NCBI GenBank assembly: GCA_024704765.1 | Contig: JAKMXF010000166.1 | Location: 708,743-772,742, forward strand | DNA: 64,000 nucleotides | Source of the DNA: Oopsacas minuta | Taxonomy: Eukaryota > Animalia > Porifera | Direction of reading: 5' to 3' | Shown: positions 12,296-25,879 of the stretch, in pieces | Numbering within the stretch: position 1 is the stretch's first letter | Layout of the letters: each line of letters begins with the position of its first letter | Translations under genes and position numbers: made by a program | The notes under the pieces: generated by a model | The model's input: the letters and a program-made list of their open reading frames with translations, nothing else | Databases searched by the model: none | Told to the model about the DNA's origin: nothing

Positions 12296-15200
12296 TACTA
12301 TAAATATGTTCGATGTTGATTTGGCAAAATAATAAATTTAAAACCTGTCTACAGGGTCCAGTGCATAGCTAATCAACAAAGAAACAGATCCCACAAATCT
12401 ATAGGCTTATACAATGCTCTAGTCAACATCAAATACAAATTACAAAGACACTGAACTCTCTATAGAGTCAGTCCTACACAAGAAGAATATCCGATGTTCT
12501 TTTTTGTAAAATCGACATAATATATATATTTATTAAATATCTAAGGTTTAGAATTAGATGTTTCAATAAATATATAAGTTATGTCGATTTTGTCAAAAGT
12601 TGATTTTGTTGGAATCACTGTTGGAGTTGAACCTGGGTTAAATAGGTTTAGCACGGCCCAGTGGAAATATACTTCTATAGTTTCATTAAACCGGATTAAA
12701 CTAGTAATACCGGGTTTTCCCACTTTTGGAAACTCAATTTTAATATTATTTAATGAGGTCACTGGGCCTGCCACCTGAACTGGCCCTTACTAGTTAATGG
12801 GTAAAATACAGAAAATTGAGATATATTATGGGAACACCAAATACGTATTTACGATGATAATATAATACGAATCGTATTATATCTTTAGATCGTATTATAC
12901 GATATAAGGATATGCGAACTTGGATTTGCTTGCGAATATCCCAAACCTTGTATGAGTGACATCAGCTTTAGCCATTCCAAAATATGTCTTCACTAAACTA
13001 TATCAATTAAATGAAGGGCACCATATCAGAATTTAGCTCTATTCTATCACAACTTGTAAGACATATGGTTTTAAGTCAATTGTACGATTGCAGATCCTTA
13101 TTTATGAAGACTTTGAATATTCACTGTGTTTACAATTTAATCAAATTATAGTCTGGCAATCCTAAATTAGAGTCTCAAACAAAGTTTAGGTAGTTTACCC
13201 AATTAAATGAGGTTTAGCACAGTGTAATACCCAGTTTTGACCATAAAATAACGTTTTACCCAGTTTAACCCTGTTTAAACCATGGTTTAAACCAGTGGGT
13301 GGGTTAAACTAGCCAACCCTGGGTGGAAGCTCTTGCAATGATGTACTTTCTTTGATCATCCGTGCAATATTTTAATTGAAGATGAATTTGTCCGACATCG
13401 AAATATAATAGTCAGAATTTGCGATATCCTAATAAAATATGGGGAAGGTTGCCAAAATTTATTATGGTAAGAATCGTGCGAAAATTATGAATGCATGGCG
13501 TAGATACAAAGTTAATTTTGAAACAGAGCCCAATTTGTTTTAAATGAGCCTGAATATGCGGTACCTATTCTCAATTTACCAGTATACATAAATATTCAGC
13601 GTATTAAGTAAAATGAAGCTCCCAAAGTTAGGTTTGGGGAAGCCGCAGGTAATTACGAATGAAATTGTATATACTAATTCAATTAGAATTTCCCAGAGTG
13701 TTATTAAGTTTCAATAGAACCTGCCGTTATGGAACATTTTAATCAGAGTACGTATTACCGAGTTCTACTTATACACATACCTTTCTCTCCATATAAATAT
13801 ACAATCACTAGCTGCGCGGGGGTGCGGTGCATCACATCCGTTCTTTGACGCACCACCTCAGGTGGTCTATATTGAACAAATAAAGCGTATCATTAGAGGT
13901 GGTGCGTACTAAAATAATTTAATAGATTGCTAAAAATTGTTCGATAAGTTTATATCAACAATATAGGCGGAACATGGAACTTTGAATTACTTGGTCCTGT
14001 CACACTATATCTTGTCCTCCCCTCAAATGGTCCATATATGGCAGCTACAGATGGTCCTCCATCTTTTTATCATCTAAAATAGCTGATCACAATGTTTATT
14101 GCAGGCTTTGCGAGGGCTACCAAGGCCAAATGAGTCACTGTACAATATTTACTTAGTTATCAGGTCTAGTTCAAAAGTATAAATACATATGTAATTCATT
14201 ATAGGGATTACACCAATCTCAGGAAGGTCTCTCTGCAAGATTACAAATACAGGAAATTCCACGAATACTATAATTAGAAGATGGAATCTACAATATTAAA
14301 ATGCAATTAATCAATCTACGATTGTGTAAAATAGACATTCAGATGATTATTCTAAATAAACATTTCAATATGTGAATTTTGCCAAATCAACATATTTTAT
14401 ATGTTCATTTTGGAAAATAGTAAAAACTCAAATCCTGTCTACAGGGCTGCCTTTGGTCGCGTAGCGACCAAAAGCATCAAAACATTTAGCTGTTGAATAC
14501 TTAAGCTAATCTGATGCATTAAGTTGTCGCGCAACGACATATGAAGCGAAGAACTGTAGAATTAATTAATTCGAAAAATATCCCATTTGACCAGAGCAAG
14601 GTCCATACTATAGATAATTACTAGTTCCTTACTTTTCATTGTTTGAATTATTTGGTGTACACTACACTGCATGGGACGATCCATGGCGCCATATATGGTA
14701 AGGGGACGATAGGTGGCGATGGGGACCGTATATAGTAGCAAAATTCTTAGAATATTACTGAATTCTAAGAAAGATTCTTTGAATTGATCAGTTTTCAGAA
14801 AAAGTCTCAGAATATTTCTAAGTTGGTATTCAGAAAAATTCTCAGTCGAATTCTTAGTTAAATTGGGGGCGAATGCGAAAATGAATTCGTGATTCTTTGT
14901 ACTTATTCAGTTGTCTGATTATTATATAAATAAATGAATACAATATGATATTTTAAGTTTCTAATTTGTCAATACATGAAATTAAATAAATTTCTTAAGA
15001 GTTGTTGACAAAACCAATGATAATTCAAATTAAAGTTGTAATAAGTGTCATTCTCAAAATGTAGATCCATCAGTGAAATCTAACAATTATTGGTATTTGT
15101 TGGATAGGGATCAGGGGTGTAAATAATTCCCACTTGTAGAAATTATTAATTAAATAAAAATAAAATAAATGAATTGCAATGATAAAAAGAAATTCTCAAG

Positions 15201-15652
15201 ATTTTTCGAAATTTTGAAAATGTCAATTTTTGTACCATCATGATGATGTGATTATCCTAAGATTAGTTCACATTTGGTCAAAGCCATAACGTCGGAAATT
15301 TAACATATTGAGAGTTATCTGTGAAATTTCAACAATCTACTACGTATAGGCTAAGGTTGGTCTCATGTGACTATTAGGATATACAAAAAGGCGATAATCC
15401 CGTAATAATTTCGTCATAGGTGTGATTGACAACCCAAAAAATCCCTGGTATTACTAAAATCAGCCTTGGGTCTTCCAGTTTCTCTAATAATTCTAGATGT
15501 ATTTATTTTATAGATTATACACATTCTGCACTTCACTTCATAATTTAGCACATTGCACAATTAACTAGTTCATCGCTTAATTTGCTAAGGCAATAGTCTA
15601 AAAGTTCCAATTTTTTTGTTACTGAATCGCTCTCAGGTTGAGCTTTTCTATA

Positions 15653-16971
15653 CAGGGTGTCTCAAAATTATGGTCCCCTAACTATCTGTAATAGAAAATA
15701 TAACTAATGCATTAATAGCTTAATTATTTGCTGATATAATCTCCTCCCATCTGTATACATTTCTGAATTCAACTAGGCATCTCACTCAGTAAACTTTCCA
15801 AAAGATTCGGCTGTATCTCTGACCCGACTAATTACAAATGAAATTTTAGCGCCTCGAGATTACTAGCAGGTGTCTTCTCTCAAGCTTAGATATCATGATC
15901 GACCAGAGAATTTCGATAGGGTTAAGGTCAGGAGAGTTTCCTGGCGATTCCATTTTATCCCAGAACTAAACGAATTTCTGAAGACACCATTCTTGTGTCC
16001 AAATGGCAGTATGAGCAGGGGCACTGTCCTGATGAAACCAGATTTGGACATGTTAAGCATAAATTTCCTCTCCAAAATTGTACCTCAGAAGCTCTTCTTT
16101 GAGCGAAGGTAGACAAACCGCTGTGAGAATTTCTCCCACATAGTATGCTGCATTAATTGTCTGGTTAGGAGGCAGAAAATGTATATTAGAGATGGCTAAG
16201 GAGTTCATCATCCCATACACCATCACTTTTAGAGGAAATTTGACCGTTTTTGACATGGAATATTAAAATTGTTTTTCGTCCAAGTGAGATCATTCTGATG
16301 ATTGCTTAATTGGAAAAGTTGAAAGGGGATTCACCTGACCAAATAACGTTTTCCATTCTTCAACTGACCAACTTTTCTTATCTTGGCAGAAATTTAGTCT
16401 ACTTGCCTTCTGGACTTCGGACAAATTGGGGTGTTTGGTCTTTCATACGGCTTGGCTTTGACAACGCTGGATAAATGCTGGTGAATTGTGTCTTTAGAGA
16501 CAGGATTATTCCTTGCTAGGCCAAAGAACTTATCACCGGCGTCGTTTCCTAAAGGAATTTAAAATTAAGATCTTCGATGCTCTAGAAAGTGATATAGGAC
16601 AGCCAACACCCTAGCGATGTTCGAGACTCTCACCACTTTCCTCCTTTAGTCACCACCTCTAGATTGTTCGGATAAATTTCTCAACCTCCTTAGCAACAAA
16701 ATTTGCGTTTTGCCAGCTTGCAACATAGCTACTGCTCGATTCCTACGTCTGTTTTCCTATTTTTGACATCCATTTTGATAATAGACAGAGAAATATACTA
16801 TTCAATTGATTTCAATCACAAGAACAGAGCTATTTAATTTTAATTGAATGATAGGAATAAGAGTATAATTTGCTATTCCTAATATGAATAATAGGATATA
16901 GGGTGCCAAGAATCCAAATTCTAAACTAAAAGTTTAAATTTTCTGGGTGACAATCATTTTGAGACACCCTG
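15653..16971 (-). mobile_element. Full-length degenerate Tc1-like transposon (DD37E group)
   Basis: TIR CAGGGTGTCTCAAAAT, TA TSD. Fragments KFPLKVMVYGMM..HFLPPNQTINAAYY and GNSPDLNPIE, multiple frameshifts. Confidence 0.88.
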
Positions 16972-17814
16972 TAGTTAGCCACTTAAAAATGCCATTTTTG
17001 GACATATTTTGAAGATATTATAATGCATTTAACTCATTCAGTTTAAACCCTATCGAATTTCCGATATTCGTAATCGGCCAAAACGACGTGGTCCACAGCG
17101 TTGTAGTGGTCATTGACTAGATCCAAGAATTACACAAATTATGATTATCGACATTAAACTCCGTTTCACTTATATGTGAAAGAGTTATATGTGTTTTAAA
17201 ATCTTCAAAATGTATCTCAAAGTGGCACTTATAAGTGCCTATCATTATATTTTGTACGGGCAAATTATTTGCAAAAGCCAAAAATTCTTGTAAATGGAGA
17301 GGTGAAGAATTAAATTCGGTTTCGAATGGTGTGTAATTATGGTTTATAATATTGTAGAAAAGGCCACAAATTAAGATAGCAAATCATCTCACCTGATTTC
17401 AGACCAACAATGAAAGGGGATATTCCAAACCTTATTTAGGTAAATTGAGCTCGTAGTTTGTGTTGTAGAGCGCCACAAAACAAAAATAATTAATGCTAAT
17501 CGTTCATAATTGGCTCTCAAACTTGTAGTTGGCACAGCATACAAAATTATGGCACCTATTTTATACCGTAATGACTATTCATTACGGGAATTGCCAGCAG
17601 GTTGGTCAATACGCGCACTGGCTAGCAAGTACACGTACAGACTGATTTCAGGTAAATACCGTAGAGTCTATATTATTAAAACTCAATTATTGTGTGTGTT
17701 TGTTTGTTTGTCCACTTTGTACTATAATGATAGGGGAAGTTCGTATGTTTATATAATATATCCTTATGTTGACGACATAGGAAAAGTAGCCAATGATATT
17801 AGGGTAATCAAGTA

Positions 17815-19108
17815 CCGAGTGTTCAATAAGTTCGCGAAAAAATATGTTTCCACTACAGTGAACTAACAAGTTACTACAATAAATATTCAAAATACTCCCC
17901 ATTAGCATCAATACACCTTTGACAGCGATGTAACCACATGTCAAATAGCTTAGGATAGCTACTTACTGGCATATACTCAACTGCCTATAAAAACGCAGCG
18001 ATTAGCTCGGATTCTGATTCAAAACATCTGCCTTTAGTTTATTTTTAGATTCGGGAACAGCCAAAAGTCACAAGGGGCAAGATCTGGGCTGTAAGGTTGA
18101 TGTTCAATCATTTCTAAGCCTCATTGCCTAACAAACTCTTTAGTCCTTCTAGCTGTGTATGCTGGAGCATTATCATGATGAAGTTTCATCCCACGGATCC
18201 AGACTTTGGTCTCAATATCTCCACTGTTGAACAATTTGGGAAGGTAACATTCGGTATACCAAGCTGCAGTAACTGTATGCTTCGCTGGAAGGATCACAAA
18301 TTCAAGAAGTTCTCTCGTGGTGAAGAAAATTGCAAAAATTCGCTTGCCGACCGCCATGAATCGTTTGGGAATTGTGTCCGGTACCTCATCTTCAAAGATC
18401 CATTTAGAAATCTGTTGCTTCGGTGGCATGTCATAGAAGTAAACCCATGTTTCATCACCCGTTATTACTTCTGAATGCCACCAAAAATCTGCTTTCGAGT
18501 ACTTTAGTAACATAGAGAGACAAAATTGGATCCGACGATTTTTCTGCTCCAAAGATAGAAAATGTGGGACTAACTTGGAACAAACCCTTCTTACCAAGGT
18601 GTTGGTGTAGGATTGTTTCTATTGTTTCCGATGATACTGATGCATCGTGAACTAACTGACGGATAGCAATTTGTCTGTCCTCTCTTACCAGTTCCTCCAC
18701 CTTGGTGATATTTTCATTGGTGGCAGCCATAATCGGGCGTCCGGTTCGAACATCATCCAAGCACATGTAACTCAAACTTAATCGGCTGTACCACTTGTAA
18801 ATGCTTGTTTTGGTTGGAGACTGTTCTCTAAAAACAGAAAACATCTCAGTGATGTACTCCATAGCGTTTATTCCACGTTTATAGTTGTAAAACATTATGG
18901 CTCGAAAACCCCTATTATTCAAATTCTCCATTGAAAATTCAAAATTTGAAAATGACTTGACTAAATTGAGTGTAACAGATAAAGTAAACTACTTAGAATG
19001 TTGAAATTCATCCACTATTCATTCGCTACCTATACTACTTATGGTAAATTAACGTTAACGCTACTAAATGAACTTCATATAGATTCCGCGAACTTAGTGA
19101 ACACTCGA
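17815..19108 (-). mobile_element. Degenerate mariner transposon
   Basis: TIR CGAGTGTTCA(A/C)TAAGTTCGCG. ORFs 18455-18931 (HTH, RTGRP) and 18121-18597 (ITGDETWVYFYD, LHHDNAPAYTA). Confidence 0.88.
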
Positions 19109-19529
19109 TTTTCACATTTGCAAAATAATCATATGTATATATCTATGTTGTTTTAGATGAATATAAATTAAAAAATAGTTGAAATCTCCAAATATACTTG
19201 GAGACTGGCTCTCAACAGACATATAGGGGTAATCAAGTACGCTAAATCCGATTTTCGCACTTTCAAGTTTCTCATATGCAAATTTATTGTTGTTGTTATG
19301 ATTATATAGTAAAAAGATTTGTTAAAAATTGATGTATCAGTTCAGTTTTACAATAGTATACTTTACTAAATCGAGACACGAAGTGCCGAGTCCCATGCGA
19401 GACAATGTGTCCGCAAGCCGCGTATCGCGAGCAAAACGAAGCGGCTCGTATATAATAAGTATGTTTCCATCAGAAAAAGGCCGGTTCAGATGAATACTTG
19501 CCCATAAAAGCAACGATCGAGGAATTTTG

Positions 19530-19593
19530 GATGAAGGATTCACATCATGATCACCAGATGAAGGATTCACATCATGTTCACCAGATGAAGGAT
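19530..19593. repeat. 27-bp minisatellite, about 2.4 copies
   Basis: GATGAAGGATTCACATCATG(A/T)TCACCA repeated contiguously. Confidence 0.85.
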
Positions 19594-19666
19594 TATTCAG
19601 TCTACTTCTCATCTATATAAAATAAAACAAAGAGAAATACTATACATCTTATTCCAAGTATCAGTA

Positions 19667-19837
19667 CAGTGGAACCTCGTTACAAAACATAGTTAATGTT
19701 AATTTAATTTAAGACGAACAAATATTTAAACAAAATCAGTTTGTTATTCAATTGGTATTAGCCCGGTTTATACGAACTACCGGTTGAGCGAACACATTTT
19801 ACCGCCAGTTGATATTCGTATTAACGAGGCTACACTA
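19667..19837. mobile_element. Short pogo-like MITE
   Basis: TA|CAGTGGAACCTCGTTA...TAACGAGGCTACACTA|TA. Confidence 0.65.
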
Positions 19838-22394
19838 TAGATATCTCTAAATAATGTGAAGAATACGCTTTGTGAGCTAGAAAATGTGCTAGAAAACTTC
19901 CTAGAGTAAATTGTTCATAGAACCTGGTATTTTAAGGTCACCCCAATTATCCCCTCACGGTAGCCCTAACTTTTCCATTTATTAAACGAATATTAAACAC
20001 ACTAAATGTGATTTTTTAAGGTTGAAACCGATCGAACTGAATATCAATATTAATGGATAGTTGCTTGACCAAATACTGATATTATTCGACTGACCCAACT
20101 GAATACTGGCAATATTCGATTACATCAACCGGATACTACTGATAATATTCGGTTTGGACCAACCAAATCCCGAATACTGATATTCGCTTGGTAATTACAT
20201 ATTATTTAGTTAAACCGAATATTCAATTATTAGGTTGCAAGCTTGGAATTTTCCATTTTTCGTGGGATATTCAAAATTGAATCTGCAACCAAATATTAAC
20301 AACCTTAACATTGGGATGACTAGCGCTGTAGATTGAGGATATGATTGCAAACCATTTGGGCACCCTGAAATTCCAGTCAGCCCAGGCCAGAGGTCTACAG
20401 AGGTGTACCCGGAACTCCTGGGAATTACCCGCGCCTGGTCAAATCTTCATGCTGCCATTAAAGGATATCTCAGAACATTGATATATACTCATAGTCAGTG
20501 TTTTCAACAGGATCTTTGTAGAGTACTCGTTTTTGCGATTGAGCGGGGCCTGAAGAGTCGGACAAAAGTTTAGACCCATGGGATGAAAGATGTGCGAATG
20601 ATGTTGATAATGGGATTGCTGCCAATTGTAGTTGCCAGCAAGACTTAGATATTCCTATGTCCCTAAGGAAGTTTTTTCTGATTTTCGTGCATTCTATCAC
20701 TTGAGATGGGGGCAGGACAAATTAAATGGGAGGGGGGGCAAATTGACTTTTCATAATGCCTGTCTTTGGTCTCTGAATGCCTAATTAAAAAAAATTACAA
20801 CATGCGCCGTCAGCTTGGTCTATAAATACATTTGTTTTTAAACAGTGGGATTATGACTGGAGGCACTATGAAAGGTTAAGTTTACCCCACCACACATGGT
20901 GTTAGTATGCGAAATTTTTGGGAACCTGAGAACTATCTTACCATGAGATTCCGGGGATTACCGAAAGATTTTCACCCTGAAGATGAAGCAAAATATTTAC
21001 TCAAATACCCAAATGACAAAAATACTTTTAGGAAATTGCAAATTACGTGAATACTGCCTTCTTCCTCTGCATCCAGTTCCCATGTGACTAATAAGTAAAT
21101 TTTAGCTGACAAATAATTTTCGCATATTCTATATTTTGATCAATAGCAATGCATTCAAAAATCCCCGATCCCATGATAAACTGAAATGTACTATTTGCCA
21201 GAGTATTTCATATCACGGAATCCTGCATCTAAATACAGGGAAATGAATTTGTGGGTTATTAATTCTATTCTTATACAGATTTGACATAATAGATTCTATA
21301 AGTAGGATATTTCATTTTCAAAATGGTGGTGACAATAATGTGAAATGTGGTGGCAATACTCCCTCAGCCTCCCCCCCACAGTACGCCCTGTTCAGGAAAA
21401 CAATTATGTCATGTTTAGAGAGATAAAAAATGAGAAATTCATTTGCAAGTCCAAATGACGAATGATATTAGCCCTTCGTATTCAAATGACGCACGTGAAA
21501 TGAGATGCGTCATAATTGATAAACAAAATTTAGGTTAGGATACTATACCGCCGCTGGAACCAAGCTATTTTGTAGCTGACAACTAATATATTGTAGCCTA
21601 AGAACTGCTGGACAATCGTGCAATTCGTTATCCCAATTATCATAGATATTATCTGGAACTCAAAAATATCAGAGTATTTGCACAGTGGCTTAGTAGTAAA
21701 GAATTAAGAAATTTTTTATTGTAATGCTTTCATTCATTTATGGTTTCATTGTGGTTCTAAACATTCAAGTAGCATCCATTCCAATTATCGAATCATTTGG
21801 GAGCCTATTAGTTATGTAAATTTGAATCGAAACTTTGTGGTTTTGATGCTGAAATTATCGTCTCGGAGGATTCAAAATATAAAAGATTTTCACATTGATT
21901 CTGATTCTGTATAAAATATACTAGCGATCTATTGTTTCATCTATTCTTGACAATTGTGCATGTTGATTTCAAATTTGTATCAGATATATTCTAAACTGCG
22001 TACTTTTCATGTGAAGGATTGTTGTACCCAGGGTAAAAAAGTGAATCCCATTTTTCCATGGATAAAATTTTGAAAGTGTCTGAAAAGAAAAAGTCAAGGA
22101 ACGTCAAAGGGAAAATAATACCAATTGTTGTTTACAATTTATACTATGTTATATGAAGATGACAGGCCCGAAATGGTGCGCAACTTTGATTTTTGGTCAC
22201 ATTCTATTGTCTGTAATCGTTGCTATGGAAATTCCTAAAGTGATGTCTATAACTATGTAATTGAATACCCGTCTAATCCTAAATATTCTTGGAAATTACT
22301 GTACAAAATTAAACATATAAATGTAGGCATATACGTGTACTTATATTTTCTATCATACCCCTTTATTTTCTCATAGATAATTTATCCGTGATCA

Positions 22395-25300
22395 ATGGCT
22401 GAACCAATTGCTCCGATGACTTCCCCCGAATCCTGTCTCTATCTAGCGAGAATCCTGAAAGCAAATGGCAATTGTGTCCAAACAACTCTCTGTTATCTTA
22501 GTGATCTCCATGGATTAGACAATACCAAGCAGGCTAAACTGGAATTGATTCTACGTAGAATACGAGATATGATTAGAACTTCAAAAAAATTACTTGAATC
22601 TTTGCATGGAGACTGGTGGCCTTCTGAAATTTGCTCAGAATTATTATAGCTTCACAAGCCCCCCAAAAAACTAAGTCGGTGCGCCAAAAGAAAGAAGTTA
22701 TCAATCTTTCATTGCAACATCAGCGTTCCCGCATCTCTAGTGTCCTTGAGTCTATCAGGTCCATCTCGGCAACCTTATAAACTTCTGAAATTACAATTGC
22801 AGCTCTTGCTTAACAATTGTTGTGCAATGAAGAAGACAATCGAGAAGTTGCAAGGGTATCTAAATCAATCGTGCAGGGAAAATTCTCTGGTCAATTCGGG
22901 CGTGCATCCAAAAGCAAAGAATTGGATGTGGGCAAGGCATTATTTCTTTTGGATCTACTAGAGATTGGCAAGAGGAAGTACACTCTAACGACTACTTTTG
23001 TTATCTAATGAAATTCACTTCCCTACATATCAGAGGGATGCCGATCATAGAAATAATTTAGTACTACGAAATATGATTCAACTATACACGAATCCTACAG
23101 CCCCAGTTGGTGTGTGTGTGTGTGTATGTGTGCTATACGCTCAATTTGTCTACCATACATTTTGTAGAATTAGGTCCACTCTACTGTCCCCTTCAAATGA
23201 GAATTTTCCTCCCCGATTTCAGATTGCTGATGGTTTAGATGGATCTGGAAAGCATACCGTATATAATCAACCAAATACGAATACGTCTACCAAATCGTTC
23301 ATCCTATTTTGCTTCAAAGCAGTACACATTGTCCCTTCTAGTGGAAAGGAACTTTGGAAAACAACTGCCCGAATTCTTCATTCTCCCAACGTCCAATTTT
23401 CCTTCTTGCTGCCACAGAAAATCATGACAATATTCGCCAATTTTTGAAAGATATCATCAATCCCGAAACAGATCAAATGAAGGACCAAGGTTTCTATTTT
23501 GCCAATGATAAACATATATTTGTCGGTGTTTTCCGATCAATGCTTGATGTTAAAATGGCAAGTATTCTCTCAGGAACAGGAAGTGAGAGTTGCCAACAAT
23601 GTACTGCAACGCAGAAAGAACTAAAAGATCGTGACTTAATTTTGCAAGGCTATCCCATCAATAGAAACATTTCAGACGCCATTCAATTATTTGGAGAACT
23701 GGAAGACATTGATGCTTTCTTTTCATTACCAACAATCCAAAGATTTAACCTGACTCACCAATTATTATCAACAATAGATATTCTACCTGCTTCTCCCTTA
23801 CATTCCTATACCTGTATTTTTAGATGGTTTAATTTACTTGTGTACCACCTGAATTGTAACAAGCTCACATGGTCACCACCATCAAAAGAAATTAAAGATT
23901 CCATGATGGATGTGCGAACCATAGTTAAAGACGTAACAGGTCTACAGGATGACAATTAAGTTCTGATACATAGTTCCAATAGATCTGATACGTTTCCAAT
24001 ATATTACATTACCATTTCTATCATATATATTCTAACATATATGTCCTCCTGTTATGCTCAAACAGTAATCTAAATCTATATACGCATAAAATCAGAAATT
24101 TTAACATGGAAGTAAAGAGGTCAAAAATTATCTCATTATTTATGACAGGGAGCACACAGAGCTAGATTTTGAAAAATCTGAAAAGTGAAAAGATCAACAG
24201 ATTATTCATTTATCATACTATTAAACGATATAACGATACCAAAAGTGTGGAGAACAAGCCTCGTTCTGGCCGACCGACTACAGTTCATACGATAGCACTA
24301 AGGGGAAAACTCCGCAGTAAAATCCGCCGAAATCCCAGGCGGTCAATCCGGAAGATGGCAAGGGAGTACTGTTAATCGTGAAACATTGCGAAAGATGATA
24401 TATGAGGACCTGGGACTTAAATCACTCAAACAGCAAACAGTTCATCATCTCACTCCCACTCTTCGGGTAAAAAGACTTGAAAGGTGCAAATGGCTTCTGC
24501 GGCGCCTCGTAAATGAAGACTATGAACAGATATTGTTTTCGGACGAAAAGATTTTCACGGTAGAAGAAGCAACTAACCGTCAAAATGATAGAATTATTGC
24601 GTCGTCATGCAAAGACATCCTTGAGAGCATTAAATTCATTGATCGAGTGCAAAGACGCTTTCTGTGATGGTCTGGGCTGGGGTGTCCGCAGATTCTCGGA
24701 CAAAATTGATTTTTGTCCCACAAGGGGTCAAAATTAACTCGCAAACATATAGAGTTGATTCTTGAGCCTGTAATCAAATCTGCTGGTTCATCCTTGTCCA
24801 AAAACACACCCTGGATATTCCAGCAGGACTCTGCGCCAGCGCATGCCTGGAAACCAACTCAATCCTGGCTTTTAGGGGAAAATATTGACTTTTTGTCCAA
24901 GGAAGAATGGCCTCCTTCAAGTCCGGATTTGAATCCACTTGACTATTCCATCTGGGGGACTTTACGGAACAGAGCCTGCGCTACTACGCATGGAAATTTG
25001 GAATCTCTGCGGAAGACTTTGATTACAGAATGAGAGAAAATTCCGCAAGAAGAACTCCGTAAATCTGTCCAACAGTTTCAAGGACGACTTAAAGCTGTAG
25101 TAAAGGCAAAAGGCGGTTATATCGAATAGAATTGGATAGGAAGATTTATTATAATATGCTTTAACTGTCAGTGAAAATTTGGATTGAAGGAATAACTAGT
25201 TTAGGAAAAACCAGAGTATATTCGTGTATCAGAACTTAATTGTCACCCTGTAAGAATTGACCAACCAGGCCCCAAGGACGCACTACTTCCACTGGTGGTG

Positions 25301-25879
25301 TGACTTGAAGAGCTTTTTCAAACGATTCTAAGTTTATTGAATGCACAATGTCTTTGGTTAAGATTGATTATAGGGACTCACTTGGTAAATTGCACACACA
25401 ATTATCTGTCATTGTGAGAATCATAAATCCAGACAGAAAAATCCATACAAAAGAATTGGGTAACCTTTGTACAGACACCGATCTCCTTATTCTTCAATCC
25501 TTTCCCTGAGTGAACATTACACTGACTTTACATAAATTACTAGCCCATTCTGAAGAAATACTGAGAAATGAACTTTGGGTATGGATTGAAATGCTTTAGC
25601 GAAGAAGGATCAGAAGCCGGCAACAAATTAATCAGGAAATATAGGGAAAATCTAGCAAGGTAAACTTCCTTCGAGGATAATGTCGTTGATATATTGGTCA
25701 GACTCTCATCTGAAAGCGATCCTGTGTTAATGAAATATTAGTCGACAGTGGTGTGCGAAAAGTGCGGAGAACACGGTCATACCTGAAGAGCTAAGTGCTG
25801 TAGAGACAGTACAACAGATTCATTAGAATCATCTATTGATAATATCGTCAAGGGCCTTATTATTGATACGATATTGTAA
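22395..25879 (+). pseudogene. RAG1L: RAG1-like transposase, copy A, interrupted by the maT insertion 23945-25250
   Basis: NBD-like [33 protein letters not shown] (D at 23238); PNSSFSQRPI; RSMLDVKM (D at 23546); CQQC; SPLHSY. After the insert: TLHKLLAHSEE, SEEGSEAGNKLIRKYRENLAR (E at 25613) and CEKCGEHGHT*RAKCC. Several stops and frameshifts. Confidence 0.9.
23945..25250 (+). mobile_element. maT-family (DD37D) transposon nested in the RAG1L coding sequence
   Basis: TIR CAGG(A/G)TGACAATTAAGTTCTGATAC, TA TSD. FSDEKIFTVEE..NRQNDR; QQDSAPAH-37aa-SPDLNPLDY. Frameshifted. Confidence 0.93.

Noticed and set aside
13218-13224. Isolated CACAGTG heptamers (also 57186 and 57436)
   Set aside because: No GC extension, partner end, TSD or transposase; 57436 lies inside an SLK exon. 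Several chance 7-mers are expected.
19530-19593. CRISPR-like array
   Set aside because: Units are contiguous with no unique spacers, no cas genes are present, and the context is eukaryotic.
20470-20700. 76-aa ORF inside the 28-kb intron
   Set aside because: No recognisable motif, and the SLK alignment leaves no gap for it.
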